IMG/VR virus record: IMGVR_UViG_3300025655_000024
Span: 1-64,000 of that record
Length of the DNA stretch: 64,000 nt
Reading direction: 5' to 3' (one strand)
Origin: a virus
Shown here: one piece after another, positions 8,093-17,531 of the stretch
Position numbering within the stretch: the stretch's first letter is position 1
How the letters are laid out: the number at the start of each line of letters is the position of its first letter
Position numbers and translations under genes: made by a program
The notes under the pieces: generated by a model
What the model was told of the DNA's origin: nothing
Databases searched by the model: none
What the model saw: only the letters and a program-made list of their open reading frames with translations

Positions 8093-10392
8093 TTACAATG
8101 ATTGTTGAGCGATACATCACGAATGACGAAGAAGAACGCATCTTCACTCGGTGGCGAAAGCCTGACGGGTCATTGGTTGAGGAACACCATGACTTCGCAC
8201 CGTATTTCTATGTGCTTGACGATGAACGCCTGATAGAGCGTTTGACTCAAATGTATGATGCTCGTTTCTTCGGTTGGGAATTGACTGAGGACACAGCCAC
8301 TTCACTCCCAAGCAAAGAATACCCGCATGGTCGCACACTGCGAAAAGTGGTTGCACCGACCTCAAAGGACATACGAGCCATGCGAGAAATCGCAGGTGAC
8401 ACATGGGAGGCTGACATTCACTTCGTTGATCGTTTTTGCATTGACACATACGAGGCAGGTGATATGCCTGATTGGTTTGACAACATCGTTAAGGCGGGTG
8501 GCTTTGACATGGAGTGGAATCAAGACAATGAAATCACCATGCTCGGCTACACCACCGATGGTGTGGTTGCTCGCACATGGTCTTGGCATCCGACATATGA
8601 GGGTGTTCTCAATCCATATCGTTCCGAGAAGGAAATGCTTGAGGCGTTTGCACAAGCCTTTGAGGAATTGAACCCTGACTTGATTACAACATGGGCAGGA
8701 AATCGTGCTGATTGGCCGATGCTATACAAGCGGTTCAAGCATCACGGTCTTTCGTTGGATTGGGCTTCGCCAATTCAATGTGCTTCACCACCAATGACTC
8801 ACTTGCCGCGCTCAGGTGTCTATCAAGAAGGAACACAGATTATGCTTGGTCGCATGACTCTTGACTTGGCTGACAGGAATCATGGCTTTGAGCGTGTGTG
8901 GCGTGATGGAGGAAACGGTCAATTGTCCGACAGGCGACTTGGTGCGGTGGGGGAATTGTTGTTCCCCAACAACCCTGAGTGGTGGAAAGTGGACATGAAG
9001 GGCATGAGCCACCACGATATGTGGTTGGAGGATTTTGAGGCGTTCTGTGCGTATCACAGGGGCGACATTTTGCTCACCGATAGGATTGACCGTGAATACC
9101 ATGTCAGTCGCTTCTTCATGGCTTTACAGCGTGTCTGTGGGGTATCATTCTCATCCGTGTTCACGGTCAGTCGTTTCGCACGAGGACTCCTACGCAGGAG
9201 AGCAACATGGGCATCGCCAACCGGGACATATCACAAAGGAACGGATGGTGCATTGTCGGGTGGCTTTGTGGCTGAACCGAAAGTGGGTCGTTTCACCAAT
9301 GTAGGTGTCTTTGACTTCCGGGCTATGTATGCTGAAATCCAACGAGGAAACAACATCAGTCCCGAAACAATTCGCTACGAGGTTGGTGACGAAACACGGA
9401 CATTGGGCAACGGTTCAATTTGGTATCAAGGTAAAATGGGTGTTCTTCCCCAATTGCAGATTGATCTCGCTGAGGCGAGGAATGACGCAAAAGCCCAAAT
9501 GAAAAAATACGAACCCACTTCACAGGAATATGCGGGTTTCAACACACTCCAATTGGCATTCAAGCGCGCGGCAGCGTCAGTCTATGGCCTGATGGGACAC
9601 ACAGGACACGGTGAGAGCCACCTTGAAGTCGCATCAGCCATTACCTATGTTGGTCGCTCGTTGGTCGGGCGACTTATGGAAATATGTGATGACATGGGTT
9701 ATCCTGCCCTCGCAGGTCACACCGACAGTGCCTACATTTCAATCGGTGACGCTAACGGCGAGGAAATTGCCGAGCGTTTAACACAAATCATACAGAAGGA
9801 ATTTGATAGCGACAGGTTTGTTGTTGAATTTGAGAAATTTATGAAAGCATGGATTGCCGCAAAGAAGAACCGCAATTTTGGTTGGGTCGTTTGGCCGAAA
9901 GAATCACTCCATGTGACAGGATTTGAATACAAAAAGAGCAACGCATCACGAATCACTAAGCGTGTTCAGGGCGAAGCGTTCATGGCGTTGTGTCGGGACT
10001 TGGCTGATCGTGATGCCATTGATGACATTGTATATGGCATCATCAAAGAAGTCAAGTCGGGTTCTGTCCCTCGCAAACACTTGACTATGCGTTCACGCTT
10101 AGGTAAAGACCCCGAAAAATACGGACAGCAGGGTGGCTTTCAGGGGGCGGCGAAGAAATACAACCTCACAGCACCCAAGCATTTGCACTTCAAGGATGGC
10201 GATGGAGTCCCACACCTTTACACAAAGCGTGGAATTGAAGCATATCGCACCGATGAGGAATTGGCTTCACTCCCACTTGATTTGACAACAATCGTGCAAA
10301 AACAAGTGATTGCACCCGTTGCACTTATCTATGAGGCTATGGGTTGGAGTGAACCCACAGCCGATGCCTCAAGACCTGTTTCCCTATGGTGA
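8089..10392 (+). CDS. polB: Family B DNA polymerase
   Basis: ExoI FDME, ExoIII YHRGD, motif A DFRAMY, motif B KRAAASVYG, motif C GHTDS, KKNR. Confidence 0.95.
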   Translation: MITMIVERYITNDEEERIFTRWRKPDGSLVEEHHDFAPYFYVLDDERLIERLTQMYDARFFGWELTEDTATSLPSKEYPHGRTLRKVVAPTSKDIRAMREIAGDTWEADIHFVDRFCIDTYEAGDMPDWFDNIVKAGGFDMEWNQDNEITMLGYTTDGVVARTWSWHPTYEGVLNPYRSEKEMLEAFAQAFEELNPDLITTWAGNRADWPMLYKRFKHHGLSLDWASPIQCASPPMTHLPRSGVYQEGTQIMLGRMTLDLADRNHGFERVWRDGGNGQLSDRRLGAVGELLFPNNPEWWKVDMKGMSHHDMWLEDFEAFCAYHRGDILLTDRIDREYHVSRFFMALQRVCGVSFSSVFTVSRFARGLLRRRATWASPTGTYHKGTDGALSGGFVAEPKVGRFTNVGVFDFRAMYAEIQRGNNISPETIRYEVGDETRTLGNGSIWYQGKMGVLPQLQIDLAEARNDAKAQMKKYEPTSQEYAGFNTLQLAFKRAAASVYGLMGHTGHGESHLEVASAITYVGRSLVGRLMEICDDMGYPALAGHTDSAYISIGDANGEEIAERLTQIIQKEFDSDRFVVEFEKFMKAWIAAKKNRNFGWVVWPKESLHVTGFEYKKSNASRITKRVQGEAFMALCRDLADRDAIDDIVYGIIKEVKSGSVPRKHLTMRSRLGKDPEKYGQQGGFQGAAKKYNLTAPKHLHFKDGDGVPHLYTKRGIEAYRTDEELASLPLDLTTIVQKQVIAPVALIYEAMGWSEPTADASRPVSLW

Positions 10393-11351
10393 TATACATG
10401 ATTGAACACAAACCACCAAGAGCCTATCCTGTGCCGAACCGTGAAGGGTTGTTTTCAACATACGCATGGCATCCCGGCATGAAGCAAAATTACATTTTGA
10501 GGATGAGCAAATCCTCACTTGGCGACTCCACCTTTTGCGCTCAACAATACTTCATTGGTCGCATCATTGGCATGAAAGAGCCACAGAACGATGATATGCT
10601 GAGAGGAACAAATGTCCACGATATTGTTGAGCAATTCTATGACAATGTGGACATTGAATACGCAAAGGGTCTTGATGCCGATAAGGTGGATATGTATTTT
10701 CAAAATTGTATGCCCGATGCTACGGGACTCAAAAAGCCCCAAGAGGTTTTCACACTTGATGAGGATTTGCACTTAGACCGCTATCGTGTTGCTGAGGTGC
10801 AACGCTTCTTGTCGTCAGATCCCGACAATTTTTTGCCAACAGGCAACGAATTGTTGGTTGATGATGTGGTTGAGATTGAGGTGGATGGCATCAAGCAATT
10901 GGTTCACTTCACAGGGTTCATTGACAGAATTTTCACCAACCCTGACGGCACACTTCACATTCACGAATTGAAAACGGGTCTATGGAAGGATAAGGAATAC
11001 AAATACAACAGCATGAGGAAGGAAATGGCGTTTTATGTTTGGTTGCTTCGCAAAACGGACAATTCAGCACGAATCACTCATTGGGGTTGGGATCACACAA
11101 AGGGACTTCAAGGCGAAACAGAAGAAAGCGAGGTATTCCGTCATGTTGAACCCGTTAGGGTGAAAGAAATCGGTGAAATGCTCGCTGATATGCACAACCT
11201 GATTCGTATGCACAGGCGATACAAAGGCGACGGGGAGGGGTCAATGTTTGCTCTCATCCCTGAATATCGCCAATACAACATTTGCGACCCTTGGTGCGGA
11301 TTGAAAGAATTCTGTCCTCGCTACACTAAACACTTGGAGGAAGAAAAATGA
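10386..11351 (+). CDS. Cas4/RecB-like PD-(D/E)xK nuclease with Fe-S-type cysteines
   Basis: SKSSL..FCAQQY, GTNVH, GFIDRI, HELKTG, C-terminal CDPWCGLKEFC. Confidence 0.85.
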   Translation: MVIYMIEHKPPRAYPVPNREGLFSTYAWHPGMKQNYILRMSKSSLGDSTFCAQQYFIGRIIGMKEPQNDDMLRGTNVHDIVEQFYDNVDIEYAKGLDADKVDMYFQNCMPDATGLKKPQEVFTLDEDLHLDRYRVAEVQRFLSSDPDNFLPTGNELLVDDVVEIEVDGIKQLVHFTGFIDRIFTNPDGTLHIHELKTGLWKDKEYKYNSMRKEMAFYVWLLRKTDNSARITHWGWDHTKGLQGETEESEVFRHVEPVRVKEIGEMLADMHNLIRMHRRYKGDGEGSMFALIPEYRQYNICDPWCGLKEFCPRYTKHLEEEK

Positions 11352-12973
11352 GAGAATTGCTAAACGATTGTTTTGTGCTTGAGGGCGATTGCCTTGAACG
11401 CTTGAAGGAATTGCCTGAAAAATCCATCCATACCTGCGTGACCTCCCCGCCCTATTACGCTTTGAGGGATTATGGCACAGGTTCGTGGGAGGGGGGCGAC
11501 CCGGATTGTGAACATGAAGGCGTTGTGTTAGGCAACAATAGAAATTTTGTTGATCGTGAGGGGAGAGGAAGCAACAATTCCGCCCTTGATAGTGGCGATT
11601 GCACCAAATGTGGTGCGATTAAGGTGGATTCTCAAATAGGGTTAGAAAAAACACCCGAAGAATTCATTCAAAACCTCGTTCATGTTTTCCGTGAAGTGCG
11701 AAGGGTTCTCCGTGATGACGGCACTTTGTGGTTAAACATGGGCGATTCCTATTGGGGTGGCAAAGGGGCGAGTGGACAAGGCGATTCAGCATACCAAGAA
11801 GCGCGGGTGGCCGAAGGCAAATCCTTCAACAAAGGTCATCATCAAATCGGAGGCTCAAAACAAACAAGGCCAACGGATGATTCCCATGAAACCTTCAAAC
11901 CGAAGGATTTGATGATGATACCGCATCGTTTGGCTATTGCTTTGCAGGATGATGGTTGGTGGGTGCGCCAAGACATTGTTTGGCATAAGCCCAATCCCAT
12001 GCCTGAGTCTGTCAAAGACCGATGCACAAAGGCACACGAATACATTTTCCTATTGTCAAAATCAAAACACTACCATTACGATCACGAAGCGGTAAAAGAA
12101 AGAACGACTGATTCATATGGAGGTAAAAGGGGCAAAGTGGTTAAACGGATTAAAACCCAATCCATGATGAAAGACCGAGTGTTTGACACCCCGTATTCAC
12201 ACGAAATGAGAAGAAATCGCCATTCGGTGTGGACTGTCAATGTTTTACCTTATTCCGAAGCACATTTTGCTGTTTATCCACCTGATTTGATTGAGCCTTG
12301 TATTCTTGCGGGCTGTCCACCAAAGGTTTGTTCGTCTTGTTTGACTCCGTATAAGAGGGAATTCAAGACAGAAGAACGCTTTTTGTCGCTTGAAGAATTG
12401 AATGAAAGCAATTTGAACCCCGATTCCGTGATTCCGAATTATGAAATCGTTGATGGGGAGAGGGTCAGCAAATTAACACGAATCATAGAGGATAGGAATT
12501 TGCCCGACCACGAAGAATTGCGCCAATACCTCCAAGAAAACAGAAAGAAAGCGGGTTTGACAATTAAAGAGGTTGAGGACTTTTTTGGCACATGGCAAGC
12601 ACACCATTGGCTCACGAAAGGAGGGAGTTATCCACCCGCTGAAAATTGGATGGATTTGAAACAATTGCTTGACTTGGATGACACATACGACAAGGCTATG
12701 ACAGAAATTTTCATTCGTTCAGGCATCAAGGTAAAGAGCGAAACCATTGACTTAGGGCTTGTTAAACAATGCGAATGCGAATGCGAATTGAGCGTAAGCG
12801 GAACAGTCCTTGACCCCTTTGGTGGCTCAGGAACAACGGCAGGAGTCGCACTCAAACATGGCCGTAAAGCAATTGTGTGCGAATTGAATCCCGAATATGT
12901 TGATTTGATGCCAAAGAGAATTGAAATGATCAGCGGGCGAAGCAAAGAGCAACGAACATTATTTGATTGGTGA
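11348..12973 (+). CDS. Beta-class N4-C/N6-A DNA methyltransferase with Zn-finger and HTH insertions
   Basis: TSPPY, IVWHKPNPMPES, HFAVYP, VLDPFGGSGTT; ends QRTLFDW. Confidence 0.92.
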   Translation: MRELLNDCFVLEGDCLERLKELPEKSIHTCVTSPPYYALRDYGTGSWEGGDPDCEHEGVVLGNNRNFVDREGRGSNNSALDSGDCTKCGAIKVDSQIGLEKTPEEFIQNLVHVFREVRRVLRDDGTLWLNMGDSYWGGKGASGQGDSAYQEARVAEGKSFNKGHHQIGGSKQTRPTDDSHETFKPKDLMMIPHRLAIALQDDGWWVRQDIVWHKPNPMPESVKDRCTKAHEYIFLLSKSKHYHYDHEAVKERTTDSYGGKRGKVVKRIKTQSMMKDRVFDTPYSHEMRRNRHSVWTVNVLPYSEAHFAVYPPDLIEPCILAGCPPKVCSSCLTPYKREFKTEERFLSLEELNESNLNPDSVIPNYEIVDGERVSKLTRIIEDRNLPDHEELRQYLQENRKKAGLTIKEVEDFFGTWQAHHWLTKGGSYPPAENWMDLKQLLDLDDTYDKAMTEIFIRSGIKVKSETIDLGLVKQCECECELSVSGTVLDPFGGSGTTAGVALKHGRKAIVCELNPEYVDLMPKRIEMISGRSKEQRTLFDW

Positions 12974-14043
12974 TTGACATGAGCCACTTATTCCGTCATT
13001 TTCCTCGTGAAGTGGATATGCGGAAGCGCAAGGTCGTTCATTCAATGGATGAATTACAACGCTATGTTGAGGCAACCAACGGTGCTGACAACCTCACCAC
13101 TACGGTCTATGGCTTTAGGGCATTGAAGGGGACAGGAAAGCGTGCTGAATACACCACAGCCGTAGTCCCGCACTTTGTGATGGACTTTGACTATGAGCGC
13201 GCAAAGGTGAATGGGCGGAGTGATAGCGAGGCAGGAAATCGTTGCCTCCAAGAAGTGTCCATGCTTCACCACCATTTACTGAGCAACGATTTCAAGCACG
13301 CCATGTGGTTCACGGGTGGGGGTGTTCATGTGTGGGTGAACCTTGACCGAACACATTACCCCGATGGGCGAGGTATGTCAGACTTGATGACGACAGGCAG
13401 GAGGCTCGTGGAGGGGTGGGTCAAAGAGTGGTCGTTAAGCACACTTGACCCGGTTGTATCGTTCCGCCCTGACCGTCACATTCGCATCCCCAACACCTAC
13501 AATTTCAAGCGTGGTCTGTGGGGCTTCCCTCTCAAGACTGAGGACTTTGATTTGACATGGGAGGACATTCTTGACCGGGCATTGAAACCTCAAGGTGGCA
13601 TGATTATTTATGGGTCAAAGGGCATGACTTTGGAAATACAACAACGCGATCCCGATAAGCCGTTTGAAGCACAGCCCGTTGATATTGACATGAAGAAAGT
13701 CGGCTCAATCAATGTGTTGCCATGTCTTGCGGCATCCGCTTGTGATGTTGGTGGCAACCCCCCGCACGAAGCGAGAGTGTATTTGATGATATTCCTACAA
13801 GACCGATTTAGGTCGTTTGCCCGCCCCCCTCGTTCAGCACAAGTGTCTAACGAAAGCATTGTGGAAAGCGTGTGTTCGTTCATCAACGACCTTCAATGGT
13901 CGGATTACAATGAAGAAATAACACGAAGGTATGTGTCCATTGGGGTCAGCAATTTTTACATTACCCCTTCATGTCGCACGCTTTACGAGAAGGGGTATTG
14001 CTTAGGTCGTTGTCCATTTTATGATGGCAGTGGAGGTGAATAA
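12967..14043 (+). CDS. Archaeo-eukaryotic primase, PriS catalytic domain fused to PriL-like Fe-S domain
   Basis: VMDFD, FTGGGVH, RIPNTYN; C-terminal LPCL, HEAR, PSC...CLGRC. Confidence 0.85.
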   Translation: MVIDMSHLFRHFPREVDMRKRKVVHSMDELQRYVEATNGADNLTTTVYGFRALKGTGKRAEYTTAVVPHFVMDFDYERAKVNGRSDSEAGNRCLQEVSMLHHHLLSNDFKHAMWFTGGGVHVWVNLDRTHYPDGRGMSDLMTTGRRLVEGWVKEWSLSTLDPVVSFRPDRHIRIPNTYNFKRGLWGFPLKTEDFDLTWEDILDRALKPQGGMIIYGSKGMTLEIQQRDPDKPFEAQPVDIDMKKVGSINVLPCLAASACDVGGNPPHEARVYLMIFLQDRFRSFARPPRSAQVSNESIVESVCSFINDLQWSDYNEEITRRYVSIGVSNFYITPSCRTLYEKGYCLGRCPFYDGSGGE

Positions 14044-14044
14044 T

Positions 14045-14371
14045 TTGACTGATATTGAAGAAATACGAAAGAAAAAATTGGAGGCTATTCGCAAGAAAGC
14101 CACTCAGGTTGAAGCACAAACAGACGAATTGAGAGCCATGCAAAAAGAATTCACATGGGCTGACTTTGGTTATGATGAACCCGAATGGGGATTCCGTGAG
14201 AGTCAAGAAATGGAAGGGGCGTTTGATGTTTGTCAAAAGCGTCAAACCGTAGCCATCACGGGTGATCCTAAGTGGGCTATGCTTGTCACCGATCTGCTCA
14301 ACCGAGCGAGGCTTGAAGAATTGACATTGGCACAAAGGGGGGATGAAAGTGAAAAAAATGCTGATTTGTAA
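14045..14371 (+). CDS. Hypothetical protein with N-terminal coiled coil
   Basis: TTG start after GGAGGTGA (14032-14039); DIEEIRKKKLEAIR. Confidence 0.65.
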   Translation: MTDIEEIRKKKLEAIRKKATQVEAQTDELRAMQKEFTWADFGYDEPEWGFRESQEMEGAFDVCQKRQTVAITGDPKWAMLVTDLLNRARLEELTLAQRGDESEKNADL

Positions 14372-14471
14372 GCGGTGCAACCGTTCAACGAATGTTTTGC
14401 ATCCGTTGCATGACATTTGCCACGAATGCTACAACCCTACGCACATTATCAGGCGGAGGGGGCGAAAGTGA
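14343..14471 (+). CDS. Zn-finger microprotein, 42 aa (not in ORF track)
   Basis: MKVKKMLICKRC...DICHECYNPTHIIRRRGRK*; two CxxC motifs; its TGA overlaps the GTG of the next gene. Confidence 0.6.
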   Translation: MKVKKMLICKRCNRSTNVLHPLHDICHECYNPTHIIRRRGRK

Positions 14472-15178
14472 CCGAAAAAACCCTGTTCATTGACTATCGT
14501 GAACGCTCAGGACTTGAGAAGGGTGTGATAAAGCACTGCGAAAAAGAAGGAATTGCCTATCAAATGCAGGAGAATTTGATTACAGACTATTGCTTTGGTT
14601 CACTTGGCATTGAAGCCAAATCCATTCACGATTATTTCAATTCACTTCATAGTGGACACCTGCAAAATCAATTGGCGAACATGGATGATAATTTTGAACG
14701 CATGGTGTTGGTGATTCACGGGACTGTGGATCAATATGTTGCTGCGTTGCGTAAAAGAGGCAACAAAAGCGCATCCTATGCACAAATGGAGGCTCGCTAC
14801 ATTGGTTCTTTGGCTCGCTTTGATGTGGATTACGATATTACAATTATGCAATTTTCAACAGCATCCGCTGCCGCACGATGGATTGTCAAGCGTTGTCAAA
14901 AAGATGGCACGCTTGGTTCAAGCAATACCCTACGCACCCTGCGTAAAACACGCTCGGAAGATGTTCGGATTGACGGACTCAGGGCGTTGGGATGTAGTGA
15001 AACCATCGCCAAGAATTTGCTTGAACACTTTGGTTCAATTGTTGAATTGACAGGTGCTACGAAGAGGGAATTGATGAACATTGAAGGCGTTGGGAAAAAG
15101 CGTGCGGAGGATTTGCACCAAGCCCTGACGAGTGAGCAACCTGTGGTAAAACAGACACATCGTAAAACGATGGCGTAG
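14468..15178 (+). CDS. ERCC4/XPF (Hef-like) structure-specific nuclease with HhH domain
   Basis: IDYRE, TDY, IEAKSIHD, C-terminal LMNIEGVGKKRA; GTG start at 14468 after G-rich SD. Confidence 0.88.
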   Translation: MTEKTLFIDYRERSGLEKGVIKHCEKEGIAYQMQENLITDYCFGSLGIEAKSIHDYFNSLHSGHLQNQLANMDDNFERMVLVIHGTVDQYVAALRKRGNKSASYAQMEARYIGSLARFDVDYDITIMQFSTASAAARWIVKRCQKDGTLGSSNTLRTLRKTRSEDVRIDGLRALGCSETIAKNLLEHFGSIVELTGATKRELMNIEGVGKKRAEDLHQALTSEQPVVKQTHRKTMA

Positions 15179-15217
15179 GTTTAAGGTGAGAAGCGTTTAG
15201 GCGAGAAAGCACAGGGG

Positions 15218-16753
15218 TTGGTCTATATGAACGGCATTGAATCGGTAAAGGATTTGACGAGAAAATGGGATGACTACGGTGTAGTCAATTCCGACAACGA
15301 TGGTTCTCGTTTTATTCGTGGCTACATTGAGCGTTTCAATACCGTGTCGTTCTTCAATGAATTCGCAGGGCTTCTTTCTTTCTTCTTTGTCATGGGTCAG
15401 GTATGTGCGCCATTCATGCGTATTCCTATTCACGGCACATACATTGATTGTCGTGTCCACACCTATTGGATTCAACAATCAAGGACAGGTAAATCAATTG
15501 CTTGGGAATTCACAGACCGACTTCTTGAGGCACTTGGCATTGAGAGCGAAACCTTCACCGCAGGGTCGGATGCAAAATTGATTGGAACAGTCCAAGAGCA
15601 ACCTGTTATCGGTGAGGATGGTCGCCCTACGGGTGAAATCAACCACATCACTGTGCCGGGTTTGCTCAACGGCTACAAGACCCTGCTCTTTGACGAGGCG
15701 AGTGTGTTGCTCAACGATCAGAAGGCATATTTCAGCGATAAAATTCTCTATCTGCAACAGGCCATGGCACCCTTGGGGTCACGCACGAATGTATTGGTGA
15801 AGCACTTGGTGGGTGGGTCAGTCCACACGCCATCAGGGGTGTCCTTGTGGATGACGACTTTCCCTCCAAAAGACATCATGGCTCATGTGTTGGACAAGGG
15901 TTTCTTTCAGCGTGTGTTCCTGTATCAAAACGACATCACTGCCGAGCAACGACAAACCGTGAGTGAACACCGTGTGGGCGGTGCGTATGTGCGACCCGAT
16001 GGGAGAATCATGGACTATGATGTTCTCGCCACCTACATTGAACAATGTGTGGACTTGGTTAAGGGTCGTCTGTTTGACGCTATGGGGCTAACGGATGAAG
16101 TGGTTGAGCGTGTTGATGAAGAAGGAAATGCCTTCACCTACACCATCAGTCGTGGTGAACAGTGGACAAGACTGAGCGACCAAGAAAGAGAACAGGCGGC
16201 GATGGAACACGCCTACGATTTGTTTGAGGTATCACCGGGTTATTCGGCAGCGTTGCTCAACGCAACCGATGACTATTATCAATTGGCTCACGGCATTTCA
16301 AGTGACGATGTGCGTGAAACAGCCCTCTCCTTTATCCCCAACATTGAAAATTACACAATGATATTCACTAACCTGATTGCCACTATTATGCGTTCTCCCG
16401 TATTGACGGAGGATCATGTGATGATGGCTTCGGAAATGATTTACGACAATTTTCACAACCTCATCATTTGGCTTGAGCAAAAGCAAAATGTGTCCGAGAA
16501 GAAGAAAATTGCTTCTCAGCGTGCGGCATGGACAAGTGCATTCAATGCGTGCAAACGCTATACGGATGAAAGCGATGGGGTGGAAAAGGTTATGCAAACC
16601 GAATTGTTGGATATGTATGCGACCCAACAATGTATTGCGAACATCACGGCACAAAGGAGGTTTAAGTCATTGAAGGACTCAAGACAAGTCACCATATCAA
16701 AGTCGGGTCAGGGTGGTCGTAATTTCGTTGTATTGGCGTGGGGTGGTTCGTGA
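15218..16753 (+). CDS. MCM-like AAA+ replicative helicase candidate (probable start ATG 15227)
   Basis: Walker A QSRTGKS, SDAKLIG, PGLL, Walker B LFDEAS, KGFFQR; possible C-terminal winged helix. Confidence 0.7.
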   Translation: MVYMNGIESVKDLTRKWDDYGVVNSDNDGSRFIRGYIERFNTVSFFNEFAGLLSFFFVMGQVCAPFMRIPIHGTYIDCRVHTYWIQQSRTGKSIAWEFTDRLLEALGIESETFTAGSDAKLIGTVQEQPVIGEDGRPTGEINHITVPGLLNGYKTLLFDEASVLLNDQKAYFSDKILYLQQAMAPLGSRTNVLVKHLVGGSVHTPSGVSLWMTTFPPKDIMAHVLDKGFFQRVFLYQNDITAEQRQTVSEHRVGGAYVRPDGRIMDYDVLATYIEQCVDLVKGRLFDAMGLTDEVVERVDEEGNAFTYTISRGEQWTRLSDQEREQAAMEHAYDLFEVSPGYSAALLNATDDYYQLAHGISSDDVRETALSFIPNIENYTMIFTNLIATIMRSPVLTEDHVMMASEMIYDNFHNLIIWLEQKQNVSEKKKIASQRAAWTSAFNACKRYTDESDGVEKVMQTELLDMYATQQCIANITAQRRFKSLKDSRQVTISKSGQGGRNFVVLAWGGS

Positions 16754-17301
16754 TGAAAGTGGTGGGTTTGGCCGTTGTTTTTGATGGCGATATTGAAAGT
16801 CAAGGCTATCGGGGCGACTTCACCCCAATCCTCTATGCCACCTTTGACGGCAAACACGAAACGGTCTATACCGACCTTGAATTCATACCACGCTTATCAC
16901 GATGCGAACAAAAATCACTCGCTGAATTTGACTCCAACGGCGTTTTTGTTGCTCACAATTTACCAAAGGATTTCATTGGTGACAACACCACAGACCTCCT
17001 TCGTTTGACACAAACAGCGAGTGCCGAAGTGCTTCAAAATGAAGGCAAACGCTACGCCTTAGCCGATTTGTGTCGGTGGAACAAGGTCAGGGGATTTCAT
17101 CAAGAAATCGCAACCGCCATCAAAAAATACACAGCCTATCGCAAAGGTGATCACCACAAAATAGCACGATGGTCGCTTGAAGAAGCAAAGCGATGTCAAG
17201 AGTTATTCGTGGTCGTTAGGAAGCGTGGCCGCATTCGTTTCGTTGATGCCAACACAGGAAAATTGGCTTTTGCTGAATTGGATTTTACGGAGGAAGAATG
17301 A
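16753..17301 (+). CDS. Degenerate RNase H-fold (YprB/DEDD-like) exonuclease homolog
   Basis: YATFDG, FVAHN, YRKG.H.KIARWSLEEA...LF resemble the fold, but first-strand DxE and YxxxD are absent. Confidence 0.45.
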   Translation: MKVVGLAVVFDGDIESQGYRGDFTPILYATFDGKHETVYTDLEFIPRLSRCEQKSLAEFDSNGVFVAHNLPKDFIGDNTTDLLRLTQTASAEVLQNEGKRYALADLCRWNKVRGFHQEIATAIKKYTAYRKGDHHKIARWSLEEAKRCQELFVVVRKRGRIRFVDANTGKLAFAELDFTEEE

Positions 17302-17531
17302 TGCCTGTCGTTTCCTGTGCAAATTGTGGTAAAAGACACAAGGCTACACCCAAGCGTTTGCGTCGTAGTCAAGAAACACCAAGTCTTTGTTGGAAGTGCA
17401 ATCGTGATTTGCCTGAAGAATACAGGTGCAAAGGAACGCTAAAGCGTAAGGAAAGGCGATGCGAGCAAAGGGCTTTGGACAATGGCTATTGTGGTTATCA
17501 TCAAGACCAATTCGGTGGTGAAGAAGAATGA
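17298..17531 (+). CDS. Small basic double Zn-finger protein
   Basis: CANC...CWKC and CKG...C...YCGYH. Confidence 0.7.
   Translation: MMPVVSCANCGKRHKATPKRLRRSQETPSLCWKCNRDLPEEYRCKGTLKRKERRCEQRALDNGYCGYHQDQFGGEEE

Noticed and set aside
10386-11351. Cas4-like gene as part of a CRISPR system
   Set aside because: No repeat-spacer array or other cas genes seen; solo Cas4-like nucleases are common beside viral polymerases
12325-12790. Intein in the methyltransferase (also considered for PolB, TerL and the helicase)
   Set aside because: No HN/HQ-[CST] C-terminal junction or HINT motifs; protein lengths are normal
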